Below are positions 13,100 to 26,053 of a DNA stretch of 64,000 bases, piece after piece. Each line of letters begins with the position of its first letter. Position 1 is the stretch's first letter. The notes below the pieces were generated by a model. It saw only the letters and a program-made list of their open reading frames with translations. It searched no databases and was not told the DNA's origin. Source of the DNA: Octopus vulgaris (lineage: Eukaryota); the NCBI GenBank assembly GCA_951406725.2, contig OX597814.1, positions 215,202,001 to 215,266,000 on the forward strand. Direction: 5' to 3'. A program made the translations under genes and the position numbers.

Positions 13100-14790
13100 T
13101 TTTTTAATCTGAAACATTACCTTCTATACTCTCTCCTACGTTGCGTGCTGTCTCTCCATTCTAAGTAGTTGTCATGCTTCTGCCCCGTCCCTCAATACAT
13201 CGTAAGCTATACACTATATTCCTAACCTTACAATAAACCTGTGGATTCATCCTACATATAAATTAATTGTTCTTCGTACATGGGGACCAATCAAAGGAAT
13301 AAGCTCTACAGATTAAGGACCTTATAGGGGTACCAGGACTTTCTACTACTTTAATCTGTAGATTGGCCTTATCTAATGTTTTATTTCTAAAAAGGTATGC
13401 TAATTCTCCGCCAGGAGTAACATCAACGAACATAATACGCTGATATTTTTTGTTGTTATTCTATGAGTTGGCCTTATCTGTCTTTTTTCTGCTCCTTTCT
13501 GTGCTACACTTTGATCTTAGCCAAAAGGCCGAGAAGCGGTAAATCCTGGTCCTTTCTGTGTTGTTCCAGGATTTACTCATGTATAGCGGGCAGATCCCCT
13601 TTGTATCACTCTCTATAATGGCTTTGTACTTAGCCCTGGTTCCTTTGTACACTCTAATCCTGTCCCTTTGTTTGTAGCCAGAGAACTGCACGCGGTGAAT
13701 GAAGTGTTGTATGTATTTTTCCAGTTCCATAAGCTCGTACATGCAAGACACATTCCTCATCACTCTCACCAAGTCTACTATAAGAATATTGAACATGGCA
13801 TTGTCCACAATGGCTGTGTTCTTGTGGACAAGGTATTTAGAGGCCATAATGGGAGTGAAGGATCTAGACCTTATTGTTCTTGGTTTCTAATTAGAGTTCC
13901 GCGTCTAAAACTGGTAGCCTATAGTAGGGGTGCCTGTTAGGGTAGTCTGTCGCTACTTTGATACTCTAGTGGATGGAGTTAGCTATTTGCTGGATACTCT
14001 TCATAGTGTTAGCATCTAGATCATCAACATTGTCTTGTAGGGATGCTTTGGCTATTATAATGATATCACCCCCAAAGAGGGAGTACATGGTTAGGGTTAT
14101 GGAGTTCTCTGCTAATTTATCTTTGAGTCTCCTCTCCCACCATACCGTAAATAGGTTAGCCACACCACCAGCGATACTGACATCGATGGATGCACCTTCC
14201 TCTTGGGCGTATATCTTGTTATTAAACTTAAATATATAGCCCTTGGATGTAATCTTGGTACTCGCACCCACCGCATGTGCGACCATCTTTTTAACGCGAT
14301 CATCGTTTTCAGGGGTCCGTATAGCTCTGGTCCGCCAGTTCCATTTCTCTCTATGGAGTCTTCCTGGCCATAGACGTTATAGTAGGTGGTATACCTCTAA
14401 CCGATATAATGGGACAGAAACAACTAAGGTCATGTTCATCTAAGTAACCATTGCCACATGTCAGTCTTAGGAGGAGGTCCAGTTCTGTGTTAATACCACG
14501 AAACTATACATTGCTCTCGCTGATCATCTCCACACATTTTTCCACACCAAAATCAATATCAAGCGAGGGGTATAAAGATACTACGTCCATACTGCTTATT
14601 ATGCATCCTGTCAGGTCGTAGGCATGGTTGCAATCGTTGATTCTGCTGAGGAGGTCCTCTGTGATGTCACACACACGGGGACGTATGATCATAGAGAAGA
14701 AGTGGGAGATCCGGTAGTTGTTGGCAACATTGGCTCAGCAGACCGGTTTTGTCGGTGGTCGCCTTATGCTCCTTGCGGAGTCCATACAGT
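13100..14790 (-). pseudogene. Decayed Penelope-like retroelement: RT plus C-terminal GIY-YIG endonuclease
   Basis: Minus-strand motifs in order: LYGLRKEHK (~14790-14760), SMDVVSLYPSLD (~14600), IYAQEEGASIDVSIAGGVANLF and YSLFGGD (degenerate YxDD), thumb region VDLVRVMRN...FSGY, then CKVRNIVYSLRC...*NGETARNVGE (GIY-YIG, ~13250-13130). Stops, frameshifts and deletions throughout; 5' end abuts (TACA)n. Confidence 0.85.
13504..13545 (-). pseudogene. U2: 3'-truncated U2 snRNA retrocopy (approximately U2 nt 1-36)
   Basis: Reverse complement CGCTTCTCGGCCTTTTGGCTAAGATCAAAGTGTAG matches the conserved U2 5' end (one extra A). Flanked by a 15-bp direct repeat CTG(C/G)TCCTTTCTGTG at 13489-13503 and 13546-13560. 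Confidence 0.9.
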
Positions 14791-17018
14791 GCCGGAATAC
14801 ATACACACACATGTACATACACACAGATATATACATACATACATACATACATGCATACATACATACATACATACATACATACATACATACATACATACAT
14901 ACATACATACATACATACATACGTACGTACATACACACATACACGCACGCACATATAGATATGCAAGTGTGTACACGTCAGCTTTAAAATAGCATATTCT
15001 ACATTGATGTTATATCATTGTACTATATATTCTTATAGTGTGTATGCATAAGTATATATAAGGAATGTACATGAGGCGAACGCTGGCAAGACATTCAACC
15101 TGATAGCTCGAGTGTCAATTGTAGAAAATGTAATATAGAGCAATAAGATGAAATGCCATTATGTTAAAAGAACGTCCATCTATAAATAATGAAAAATTTC
15201 TACCTAATTACTGCCAATAAATTTTAACACACACACACAAACACTTTGATTCATTCTTAATACAATCAGTATTCGTTGTTAAACACAATATCATTGTAAA
15301 TATTGTTATCCTATCTACGTTTATATGTAGCGAAAAATTCAGCCCATCTCATTCCCATTAGTGTTATCCTTGTTTATGGAAACCGAACGGAGTGTAATGT
15401 TTGTTTATATATAACATGCAGTTATATAATCAAATATTGTTAATATACGACGTGCAAGTGAAGCGAAACTAGCCAATAGCAATGTAATCACAGAATTACT
15501 TATGTTAAAGCAATGGGCATAACTAAATAAAAGTGCCACCCTGCTTTTGCTTCCACATAACTTCCTGACAAATGGATGTTTTAAAATTAAATTTTCTACA
15601 AATACGCTTCAGATGGTGCAGATTCCGATTACATCGAAATTTGTTGGTGTTGGAGAGAGGGATTTCATTAAACTCACACAAATCGGCTTGTTTCCTCATA
15701 ACTTTCAGGAAAATAGGTATTTTCAAATGAAATTTTCTATAAATACTTTTCAGTGTATGTAAATTACGATTATAATGAAATTTGATGTAAAAAGCAAAAT
15801 GGTGAATACGCACACTTACATACTGACACACATCGCAATGTTTTTTGAAATTTCAAGTTTCATTTTTTTTAGATATATGTGATGTATGTCAATATGTATG
15901 TGTGTGAACCCATCAATTTTCTTTTCGTATTAAATTTCGATATAATCGTAATCTACACATACTGAAAAGTATTTGAGGAAAATTTCATAAAAAAATCATG
16001 CATGTCTTCGAAAGCTGTGTGAAAACAAAGATGACACGTGAATTTTCAAGAACTTCTCTCCCCACACATAGAAAAAATTTTTCATAGCAGATCGCAGCAT
16101 AATCGAAACTTAGATAATCTGAAGCGTACTTGTAGAATATTAGTTTTCAAATTATACTTTTTTTCTTGAAGCTTCGTGGAAAGAAAATCGGGCGGGGCAC
16201 AGATGTGTAGGTATGCGAAGTAATGAAATATCAAACCTTAGTAGGCGGTGGCAAAGCATGCAACAGTCGAAAATGCAAAATTTAAGCAAACAGCTCCATG
16301 ATGAAATATTGCAAAGGAGTTGTTTACAGAACCGTCATTTAATATTAAAAAACAATGACGAATAAATCAAGAATATTAACTGAAATCTAAAAGAAAATGA
16401 AACAAACTTTAATAGAAGTCGTCGAAATATTCGCACATGTAATGCTTGCCAAGAAGAAATCCAAATGACAGACTACTTGTCTTTGAGCATGCCCATATAT
16501 TGTAGTCCGGTGATGAACACTTCCCTCTGGCCGGGGCCGGTATATCATTGTGCATGCATTACCGAAAGTCCACAATAAGGACTAACTTTTAAATATATAT
16601 ATGTGTGTGTGTGTGTGTTCATTTAGATTTTGTGTTTTATTGGGTCCGGTGTGTGATTTTGGTATTTTCTCCCTAAAAATGGAATTGTGTTATCGTGTCT
16701 CCATTTTCTGATTTCGGCGTTCTGGTTCCCATGTTGGTGGAATGGATGGTTCATGTCTTTTATACGAATTCCGTTGGTTATAAGTTTTATTCTATTCCCA
16801 TCTTCCATGCTTTTTTCACCATTCAGGATATATGGGATTTTTGGTCATAAATCGTGGGTTGCTTGAGTTTTCATGATGATTATGAGGTCACCATTCTGAA
16901 ACCCATTCAAATACAATGATAAATAACTAAATAGCTAAATAAATAAATGAATGGTGACTTGGAAGGGGTATCTCTCTCCTTATCTCTCTCTCTCTCTCTC
17001 ATTCTCTCTCTCTCTCCT

Positions 17019-17059
<41 letters not shown>

Positions 17060-17426
17060 CTATCAACTATCTATCTATCTATCTATCTATCTATCAACTA
17101 TCCTCCTGCCTATATTTCTATCTATCCATCTCCATTGTCAATGGAACCTCACCCCAAAAAACAAAAACAATGTTCTCTTCTTCTAAACAAAACTCCCAAA
17201 AAAACACCTGTTTTATATAAATGAATAAGCTTTTTGTACATTCACAAAACTTTGGACAAGTTCGAGAAAGGAACGAAAGCGCTAATAGTAATGAAGAAAT
17301 AAACAGAATTTTTCCAAAATTATGACGACATGTTTTCTCAATATTCAATTTCTGTACATCACACCTAACAGTCTATACATACATACGTACATATATACAT
17401 ACATACACACATGCATACATACATAC

Positions 17427-17457
<31 letters not shown>

Positions 17458-17459
17458 CA

Positions 17460-17845
17460 CTCTTTTATTCTTTTACTTGTTTCAGTAATTTCACTGCGGC
17501 CATGCTGGAGTACACCCTTTAGTCGAACAAATCGATCCCGGGACTTATTCTTTGTAAGCAAGGTACTTATTCTATCGAATACCTTTGCCGAACTGCTAAG
17601 TTACGGGGGGACGTAAACGCACCAACATCGGTTGTCAAGCGTCAGTGGAGAACAAATACAGACACACACACAAATACACACTCATAGACACATTCACATA
17701 TACACACACATACGACGGGCTTCTTTCAATTTGGTCGGCCCGAGGCTACAGTAGATGACACTTGCCCAAGATGCCACGCAGTGGGACTGAACTCGGAACC
17801 ATGTGGTTGGAAAATAAGCTTCTTACCACACAGCTACTCCTGCCC
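17460..17845 (-). mobile_element. SINE family A, internally deleted
   Basis: Reverse-complement head and tail of family A. Confidence 0.8.
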
Positions 17846-17895
<50 letters not shown>

Positions 17896-17949
17896 ATATA
17901 TATATATATATTTGTGTGTGTGTTTGTGTGTATGTGTGTGTGTCTGTGT

Positions 17950-17995
<46 letters not shown>

Positions 17996-18719
17996 AGAGC
18001 TACTAATAGTTTCTCATACTTTCTTGCCATAAAGACAAGTTGTTTGGCATGTTTTTATAGCTGCCTTGTGTCTCCGCGCAGTCTCCGCGCTCTGAGCACT
18101 TGGCATGTTCTATATGAAAAATCACAACGCTGGTACATGAGAGACCACGAGAAAAAAACCGAGAAGGTTGATGCAAAATGTGGAATGAGAAGACAAAGGG
18201 TTAATAAAAACGGAAAAAGAAAGGAAAAAAATGGATAAAATTATGGAAGTCATAATGAAAACTAATTGTACGGTGAATAATATGCATCGACAAGATTCTG
18301 GACTTCCATTTTGTTTTTCTGTTTATTTTTTTTTCAGTTCTTTTCTGATGTCTTCTCGAAGAAAATGCTTTATCTAAAACAATTATCTTTACTTTATCTA
18401 ACGGCACCACAATATTCACTTCAGTTATTACTAGCATCAAAGACTATGTATGATTAGTTCAGCTTATTCTTTTGAAATATTAGAGTGCTAAGAGGAAAAA
18501 GTGAATTCATTTCCGTATTTTATTTGAAATTTAATTTTTCATTCCAGCTACAGGTAATCTCGAATGGATTATAATGTTGACTTCATAGCAATCTCTTTTG
18601 TTCTACGTTATTCTTATTAATCTTATAATAAAAAATTGGCTGATGAATCCATATGAGAATTCTGAACTTTGGACACGTCTATCTTGCTACGATGTAATTA
18701 ACAGATTACAAATATTATT

Positions 18720-18952
18720 TTACTCTTTTACTTGCTTCAGTCACTTGACTGCGGCCATGCTGGAGCACCGCCTTTAGTCGAGCAAATCGTCCCCAGGACT
18801 TATTCTTTGTAAGCCTAGTACTTATTCTATCGGTCTCTTTTGCCGAACCACTATGTTACGGGGACGTAAACACACCAGCATCGGTTGTCAAGCGATGTTG
18901 GGGAGAAACACAGACACAAAAACATACACACACGCACACACACACACGCACG

Positions 18953-18998
<46 letters not shown>

Positions 18999-19190
18999 TA
19001 AATATATATATATATATATATATACATATATAGAACGGGCTCCCTTCAGTTTCCGTCCACCAAATCCACTCACAAGGCTTTGGTCGACCCGAGGCTATAG
19101 TAGAAGACACTTGCTCAAGGTGCCAGGCAGTAGGACTGAACCCAGAACCATGTGGTTCGTAAATAAGCTACTTACCTCACAGCCACTCCT
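18720..19190 (-). mobile_element. SINE family A
   Basis: Reverse complement of the family A consensus. Confidence 0.9.
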
Positions 19191-19469
19191 GGAAATTTTC
19201 TTTAAATAAAATTTCAGAATAAACAATATTTCGCTTGCCGTAACATTAAACATATTAAGCTCAAACATACAAATAAAAAATAATAGTTATGTTATATGAT
19301 ACTTACATAGTTGCCTAATCTTGTTTAGTTTTCCTCTTAGTGTTTTCTCTTATTGCTGGAAAGGATTAGTTGAACAAAGATTTTGATATGAACTACTATG
19401 TGGGAGGGTAAGATCTATCTCTGTTCTATGTAGTATATTCAGCACTTTATGTCTTGACAGACGGTGTAA

Positions 19470-20490
19470 GCAGCGGAGAATGTCTTAGTTAAGTACTCGT
19501 AATCTTCTTCCTGCAGCACCTCTCATGACCGATCCTTCGTATGCCTGATGAGCAAGTTCTGCTGCAAAACCTGCAAGTGAGGAAAGTGCTGCAGGTATGC
19601 GGTGTGTTACCTTTCTTTCTTTGGCGTTTTGTTTCGAGGGCCAGGATGTTTTCTTCCTCGAGTTGTTTGACTCCTTTGTCAACTGAAGTGTTTCATGCTG
19701 TTCTGTCTTCAGTTAATTTCCCCCAAGTTTTTGCATCGATCAGGCTGCTCTTTCATGTGCACTTCAATCTTGAGTCTGCTACCCCGAGCATACTTGCCAT
19801 ATAACAACTACTTGCGAATTCTGTTGTCATCCGTCCGCTTCACAAGTCCAAGCTATCTCAGTCTCCTTTTGAACAGAATAGCTATCATGCTCCGAAATGC
19901 TGCTTGTTTCAGACTTCTGTGTTGGTTACTTTCTCTTGCCATGTGATGCCAAGGATCTTGCGCAAGCATCTCAGATGGAGGTCATTGGCTTACTTCTCTT
20001 TTCTGGCATATAGGGCCCAGATCTCTGATCCAAAGAGGAGAATGCTCAGTATGCATGCATCATAAACCCTAATGCTGGGTTCCACTGTGAGCATCTTGTT
20101 TTTCCATGCTCTTTTGCCGCGTCTACCAAAGGCTGTAGCAGATTTTCGCATCTTGACTCATAGTTCGTAGTCTAAGGAGGTCGACGAAGTCATTGTGGAC
20201 CCGAGATAGCAAAATTTCTTTGCAACCTCCAGAGGCTTGTTATCCAGCATGATGTTAGCTTGAGCTGTGCTATCTTGTATGAATGATTGCTTCTTGACGC
20301 TGATTACAAGAGAAAATGCTTTGCAGTCTTGTGAAAAGTGTTCCATCATTGAATGAAGAATCAACTCGTTTTGAGCAACCAGTGCTGCGTAGGAGATCTC
20401 TGATAAAAATTGACTTGGTCATGGCTTTTCGCCTGAGGCGTGCAAGATTGAAAAGGGAACATTCTCCTGTGAAGGCAGACATTTCCGTCC
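19470..20490 (-). pseudogene. RTE (BovB-like) LINE fragment, 3' part of the ORF
   Basis: LFNLARLR...IRDLL; PLEVAKKFCYLGSTM; then ACILSILLFGSEIW and HLRCLRKILGITWQEKVTNTEV, typical of the RTE-clade RT C-terminus; frameshifted. Confidence 0.85.
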
Positions 20491-21082
20491 ACATTTAGGG
20501 CAATTCGACCTGGCAAAATCTCATTCTCTTTAATCAATACCAATAAGGGTTATTGAAATAAGAACTGCAAAAAACAACGTACACGCTAAATTTAAGGTTC
20601 TCCGCTACTTATATGATAACCGCTCCTACCCTAGGGTACATATTCAAAGTTATGTGAAATAGCTTATTTAACAGTTAAATATATTGATCAACGGAACCAC
20701 AAATCATTGTTTACCTTATGGATCGCTGACTACATTTTTATTGAAGCCATGCACCTACCATTGTCAGACTGCAAGTATCTTGTTCGTTAATTATGGATGA
20801 TTTTGAAGATAATGTGTTACTGAAAAAAGCAACATATTCATAATTATTTGCATAGGAGAAGCATTGCTTGACGATTCCAACTTTATATGCTATATCTACG
20901 ACATTGCTCTACAAGCAGCCATCACAAAAAGACGTGTTAGATAAAGTAAAGCTAAATCTAATGTTCTCATCGCGTTAAGCATCTCACTGTGGCTATCTAC
21001 AGCCTGAAGCAGTTAGATTGATATTAAAAATCTTTGGTTATGGAATCAGTCGGACAATAATAAATGCAAATAAACCATATAT

Positions 21083-21246
21083 CCGTAGAAGTGACTGTGT
21101 GGTAAGCAGCTTGCTTACCAGCCACATGGTTCCGGGTTCAGTCCCACTGCGTCGCACCTTGGGCAAGTGTCTTCTACTATAGCCTCGGGCCGACCAAAGC
21201 CTTGTGAGTGGATTTGGTAGACAAAAACTGAAAGAAGCCCGTCCTA

Positions 21247-21312
<66 letters not shown>

Positions 21313-21545
21313 CGTGTGTGTGTTTCTGTGTCTGTGTTTGTCCCCAACATCGCTTGACAACTGATGCTGGTGTGTTTACGTCCCCGTAACTTAGCAGTTC
21401 GGCAAAAGATACCGATAGAATAAGTACTAGGCTTACAAAGAATAAGTCCTGGAGTCGATTTGTTCGACTAAAAGGCGGTGCTCCAACATGGCCATAGTCA
21501 AATGACTGAAACAAGTAACAGAGTAAAAATAGAGTAAAAGAGTAT
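21083..21545 (+). mobile_element. SINE family A
   Basis: Matches family A head, microsatellite and tail. Confidence 0.9.
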
Positions 21546-22537
21546 ATCCATCGATCACTAGTTAAAATACAGGAACTTTTTAGCTTGGATATTACTGCTA
21601 AAAAGTGCTATGTCTTGGTTATATATGTGTGTCTTGTTTCAGAAGGAAAACCATTACTTTATTTCCCTACTGAAATTACAAAAATGTAACGAAACATTTA
21701 TCGTTTCTTCTACTTTACTAATTGAAATAGAGAGAAAAAAAATGACTCGTATTGGAATGGCTTCATTACTTTTTTTCTAATTTCGAGTCGATTTTACTGG
21801 TAATCCCTCTAGGATCGACAAAATAGTTGTTCGGTTATATGCTATGGATAGATTAATTTAACCATACATACTAGCTTTTTTGACAAAAAGTGATGATGTT
21901 TCTAGTCAAAGAAAAGCAATAATTAACAATTTACCCATTTTCCAACCACCATTTTGTTTTTTGTTATCAAAAACAATATCTCTGTTATAAAATTGAAATG
22001 ATTGAGTGATACGAAGGTACTTAATGAAATTTTCTATTCGGTGATTAGTTTTCATTAGAACAGTCTAAGACTTTTAATGAGGTTGAAAGCCTCTAGCGCA
22101 TATTCGAGCTGTGTAACATACTTGTGTGTGTGTGTGTGTCAGTGAGTGAGTGAATGGGTATTGATTAAAGTCGAGGAGAGGTGTAGAAGATTAGGTGGCA
22201 CATTTCTATTGCAGCTAATTGTTTTAATGAATCCGCCATATTATGTGTTGCGAAATTTCAAGATGTTTCAGAAACAACATAAAAGAATTGATTGGTTGAT
22301 TGATTAATTACAGGTAGTTCGTCGTACGTTAATTATTAAACAGTTTTGTTTCCTAACTTCAATATAAGAATCTAAATATAATTAAAAACTAGGTTTCTAT
22401 CAATACAACTGGTGGAATCTTATGTTCAAATATTTCGCCTGGTTCGTCAAATGGTTGCGTTCGAATTACATGCTTCAGTTCCTACAAATCTTCACTTGAA
22501 ACCATATTCGTTTGAAGAATACTCTATTTTGTATAAA

Positions 22538-22934
22538 CTAGCAGTATCGCCCGGCGTTGCTCGGGTTTGTAAGGGAAATAACTATATAAGCATTTTTAGA
22601 GATGTAAAGTATAATAGCCATCTCAATATGGCTAACCACAAAGGGGGGGTGTTACTGTAGCTTTTTACGTTCTGAGATTTAATAATACATTTTTAGAGAG
22701 TTACTTTCCTTATATAATAGCAAAAAAAATGCATTAAAAATGGGAAAAAATTATGGTAAATTTTTTTTAAAATCGTAGACTCATCGTTGGCGCGCGCTAA
22801 TACCCAGGAGGGCTCGATATGAATCACGACTATAAGATACCCGCTTTTGGTTACATTGCACAGCAAAATGTGGGAGTAGTTAGGAATCTAAATCGTAGTA
22901 GACAGACACACAACTTCACTTTTATATATAAAGA
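22538..22934 (-). mobile_element. Non-autonomous Helitron (copy 1)
   Basis: Minus strand: 5' TCTTTATATATAAAAG, 3' hairpin CCCG-AGCAACGC-CGGG then CTAG; A|T target. Confidence 0.8.
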
Positions 22935-23029
22935 TTTAGCATAAATTAAAAAAAAGGTCTTATTTATCTGTTTATTGACTACATACATATGTACATACAT
23001 ACATGCACACACATACATATATATATATA

Positions 23030-23225
23030 TAACGAAGGGTGCCGAAGCACCTACATTGCTAGAACTAAGATTTAAAAATCTTTTCATGCTGCACGAAGTG
23101 CACAATGTAAGTACACATAACCGTCTCTAGAATCACCAGATTAGGTCTACTTTTACCTATTCCATAGGCTTCATCAGTAGTGACTGCTCAAACAGTCTCT
23201 GGATTGGATAAGTTCGTCTGCCAGT
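23030..23225 (-). mobile_element. PLE pseudo-LTR-like fragment with a degenerate hammerhead
   Basis: Reverse complement of 23862-24085. Minus strand reads ACTA-CTGATGA-A-GCCTA..TAGGT-AAAA (GAAA mutated). Bounded by (TA)n. Confidence 0.55.
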
Positions 23226-23238
23226 ATATATATATATA

Positions 23239-23635
23239 TCTTTATATATAAAAGTGAAGTTGTGTGTCTGTCTCCTACGATTTAGATTCCTAACTACTCC
23301 CACATTTTGCGGTGCAGTTTAACCAAAACCGGGTATCTTATAGTCGTGATTCATATCGAGCCCTTCTGGATATTAGCGAGCGTCTACGATAAGTCTACGA
23401 TTTTAAAAAAAAATTACCATCATTTTTTCCATTTTAATGCATTGTTTTCGCTATTATATAAGGGAAGTAACTCTCTAAAAATGTCTACGATGAGTCAACG
23501 ATTTAAAAAAAAATTTACCATCATTTTTTTTCATTTTTAATGCATTTTTTTGCTATTTTTTTGCTATAACTCTCTAAAAATGCTTATATAGTTATTTCCC
23601 TTACAAACCCGAGCAACGCCGGGCGATACTGCTAG
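23239..23635 (+). mobile_element. Non-autonomous Helitron (copy 2)
   Basis: 5' TC, 3' GC hairpin plus CTAG, inserted between A and T; homologous and inverted relative to 22538-22934. Confidence 0.85.
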
Positions 23636-23708
23636 TTTACTATAAAAATTTATGACTGATTTAGCGAAATGCTAATGCGTAAAGTAAAAATTAATATAAA
23701 CAGCTACT

Positions 23709-24132
23709 CGCAATGTAATACCATAAAGGAAAAATTTAATCATCACTAAGTGTGACTAAGGTTGCCGAAGCGCCTACATTGCAAGAAGTAAGAGTTAAAA
23801 ACTCTCAATGCTGTAAGAAAAACGCAATATATATATACTCTGGCAGGAGAATTTATGGTGAAGATATATATACTAGCAGATGAAATTAGCCAAACTATCA
23901 ACCGTTTCAGCAGTTAATACTGAAGGTGCCTACAGAACAGGCGAAACCAAACTTAGTCTGGTGATTCTAGAGACGGTCATGGAGTGGATATCTCTCCTGT
24001 CAGTGTGTATATAATGCGCTCTTCTTAGAACATTAAGAGATTTTAACTCTTATTTCTAGCAATGTAAGTGCTTCGGCACCCTTAGTCATACTTAGTGACT
24101 TTTAAAAATTTCCTCTGTGGTATTACGTTGTG
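23709..24132 (+). repeat. Imperfect ~140-bp inverted repeat enclosing a degenerate hammerhead motif
   Basis: Arms 23709-23850 and 23993-24132. The loop contains CTGAAGG-T-GCCT..AGGC-GAAA (23920-23946). Confidence 0.7.
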
Positions 24133-24214
24133 GTATTACGTTTATGGTATTACATTGCGCCTATACATACACATACATACACACTTATATGCATGGACAT
24201 ACAAATATATGCAT

Positions 24215-24922
24215 ATAAATATCAAGGTAAGAATACCTATAAATGATAATACTATTTTAGATAATAATATTAACTACAATAATGATAGAGTTTTTTTAGA
24301 TAATAACAATAATCAAAATCATGATAAATTTACCCACTCTGCTTCGAGCAACAGTAATATAAGACTTCTATCCTCAAGTTATTCCACCTCTAATTATAAT
24401 GCCCCTAGATGTAATTGCAGAATTAAATCAAAATGCCCGGCCCCTGATTTATGCGGGTTAATTAACATAATCTACAAGTGCTCCGTAACCACAGATAATA
24501 ATAAGTTCTCTTATGTTGGATGTACTGTAAATTTTAAACAGAGATTGAATAACCATCTCTCATCCTTTAAATTACGTCATAAAGCTGATAGCACCACTCT
24601 TTCTAGTAAAATTTGGGAACTAAAAAACAATAATATCAAATATAACCTTAATTGGGAATTAGTCAGAAGAGCAAAACCCTATAAAAATAGCAGAGTAGGT
24701 TGCCAACTTTGCTCCATGGAAGTATTTGAAATACTAATGTATAGAAATAATGGAAAAATTCAATTAAACAGCAGAATTGAACTTGGAAATCTTGTATACA
24801 TGCTCGAGTTAAGACTCTTAAATATTTTAAATGATATTTTAAATGATATCTCAATTGATAACTGTATACTGGAATCACTTTGCATAAATTTTCACTTTGA
24901 CTTACATATCACTCCTACATAG
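24215..24922 (+). CDS. GIY-YIG endonuclease domain of a 5'-truncated Penelope-like element (probably non-functional)
   Basis: CNCRIKSKCP...C..NIIYKC...SYVGCT.NFKQRLNNH.SSF...STTLSSKIWELK...W...PY...CQLC..E...LNSRIE: the PLE GIY-YIG layout with a Cys-rich linker. The N-terminal part of ORF 24095 is low-complexity read-through. Confidence 0.85.
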   Translation: MNIKVRIPINDNTILDNNINYNNDRVFLDNNNNQNHDKFTHSASSNSNIRLLSSSYSTSNYNAPRCNCRIKSKCPAPDLCGLINIIYKCSVTTDNNKFSYVGCTVNFKQRLNNHLSSFKLRHKADSTTLSSKIWELKNNNIKYNLNWELVRRAKPYKNSRVGCQLCSMEVFEILMYRNNGKIQLNSRIELGNLVYMLELRLLNILNDILNDISIDNCILESLCINFHFDLHITPT

Positions 24923-25529
24923 TATATTATATATTTAACTAGAAAGATAAGATCTAACTAGCTATGATTATAATTTCTCTCTCTGATGGTACTATTTAAT
25001 ACTTATTGATCTAAATTATTTGATTTATTTCTATTGGACCATATTATTAATAATTTAAATTTTGCTCTATTTTTATCTCCATTTCTTAGTCTATTTTTTA
25101 ACCCATATATAAATATTAGTTAGTTAAATCTCTTAGTTTCTTTTACATTAATTAATTCTGCTAATCCCAGACCTATCGTAGTGTATTGTGATGTGATATA
25201 ATATAATATAAAATAATATAATATAATATAATATAGTGTAGTGTATTATAGTATAGTATAATAATAATATAATTGTTTGATTTCATTAAAAAACAACCCC
25301 ATTTTTCTTTCCTTTCTAATGACCTCTCATTGTAACCTGACAATCTATTAATAGTAACATTTATAAATAAAGAAATAAATTGTTGACCTCAGTTCGAATT
25401 TTGCACTAAACAAGCTTAGATTTTCTGGTAGTATCAACTTGTGTCCATCCCCTTAGCTTCCCCTTTCCTTTCTCTTTGATAGCTTTAATAGCAGTAACTG
25501 ACTGAATTCTACTCCCTTCCTCCTCTCTC

Positions 25530-25983
25530 TGTGATTCTTGTAAAATTCATTAACAACCTGCAACTCTACAATATAAGACTGTCATTTTGCTTCTCATTCG
25601 GATTCCCTGATATTTTCGCATGATTGTACCCTAAATCTCTTCACAAAACTGGATTATGAACTATAAGGACATGCACATATTCTGTAAGTTCAAGACTTTT
25701 CATCGGATCTCCAAGAATCGAACTTATCTGCGATTCTTGTAAATTTCAATAACAATCTGTTCCTCTACACGATATGACAGTCACTTTGCTTTTACTCAGA
25801 CTTTCCTCTACATGATATGGCAGTCACTTTGCCTCTTACTCGGATTTTCAGAAATTTTGCATGACTGTATCCGAAAATTTCTTCACACAACTTGATTAAA
25901 AATTCAATATGAGCTATATGTAGACATGCACAAATTCTGTAAGTTTAAAACCTTTCATCGGATCTCCATGAATCGAACTTTCT
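25530..25983 (+). repeat. ~200-250 bp diverged tandem duplication in the PLE 3' region
   Basis: GATTCTTGTAAA...TCATCGGATCTCCA.GAATCGAACTT at 25530-25729 and 25730-25983. Confidence 0.75.
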
Positions 25984-26053
25984 TCAATGCAGTTAATCTT
26001 ACAACCTCTTTTGTATCTACCCCTTTTGATGTTTGGAAATTCTCTGATGTTTT

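Noticed and set aside
16623-16808. 61-aa ORF faintly resembling a LINE RT N-terminal region
   Set aside because: No diagnostic motif retained.
24040-24062. Minus-strand GCTAGAAATAAGAGTTAAAA resembles the Cas9 sgRNA scaffold (also 44207, 62711)
   Set aside because: The match is short and imperfect and spans the artificial GAAA linker. There are no CRISPR repeats or cas genes; it is part of a eukaryotic repeat.
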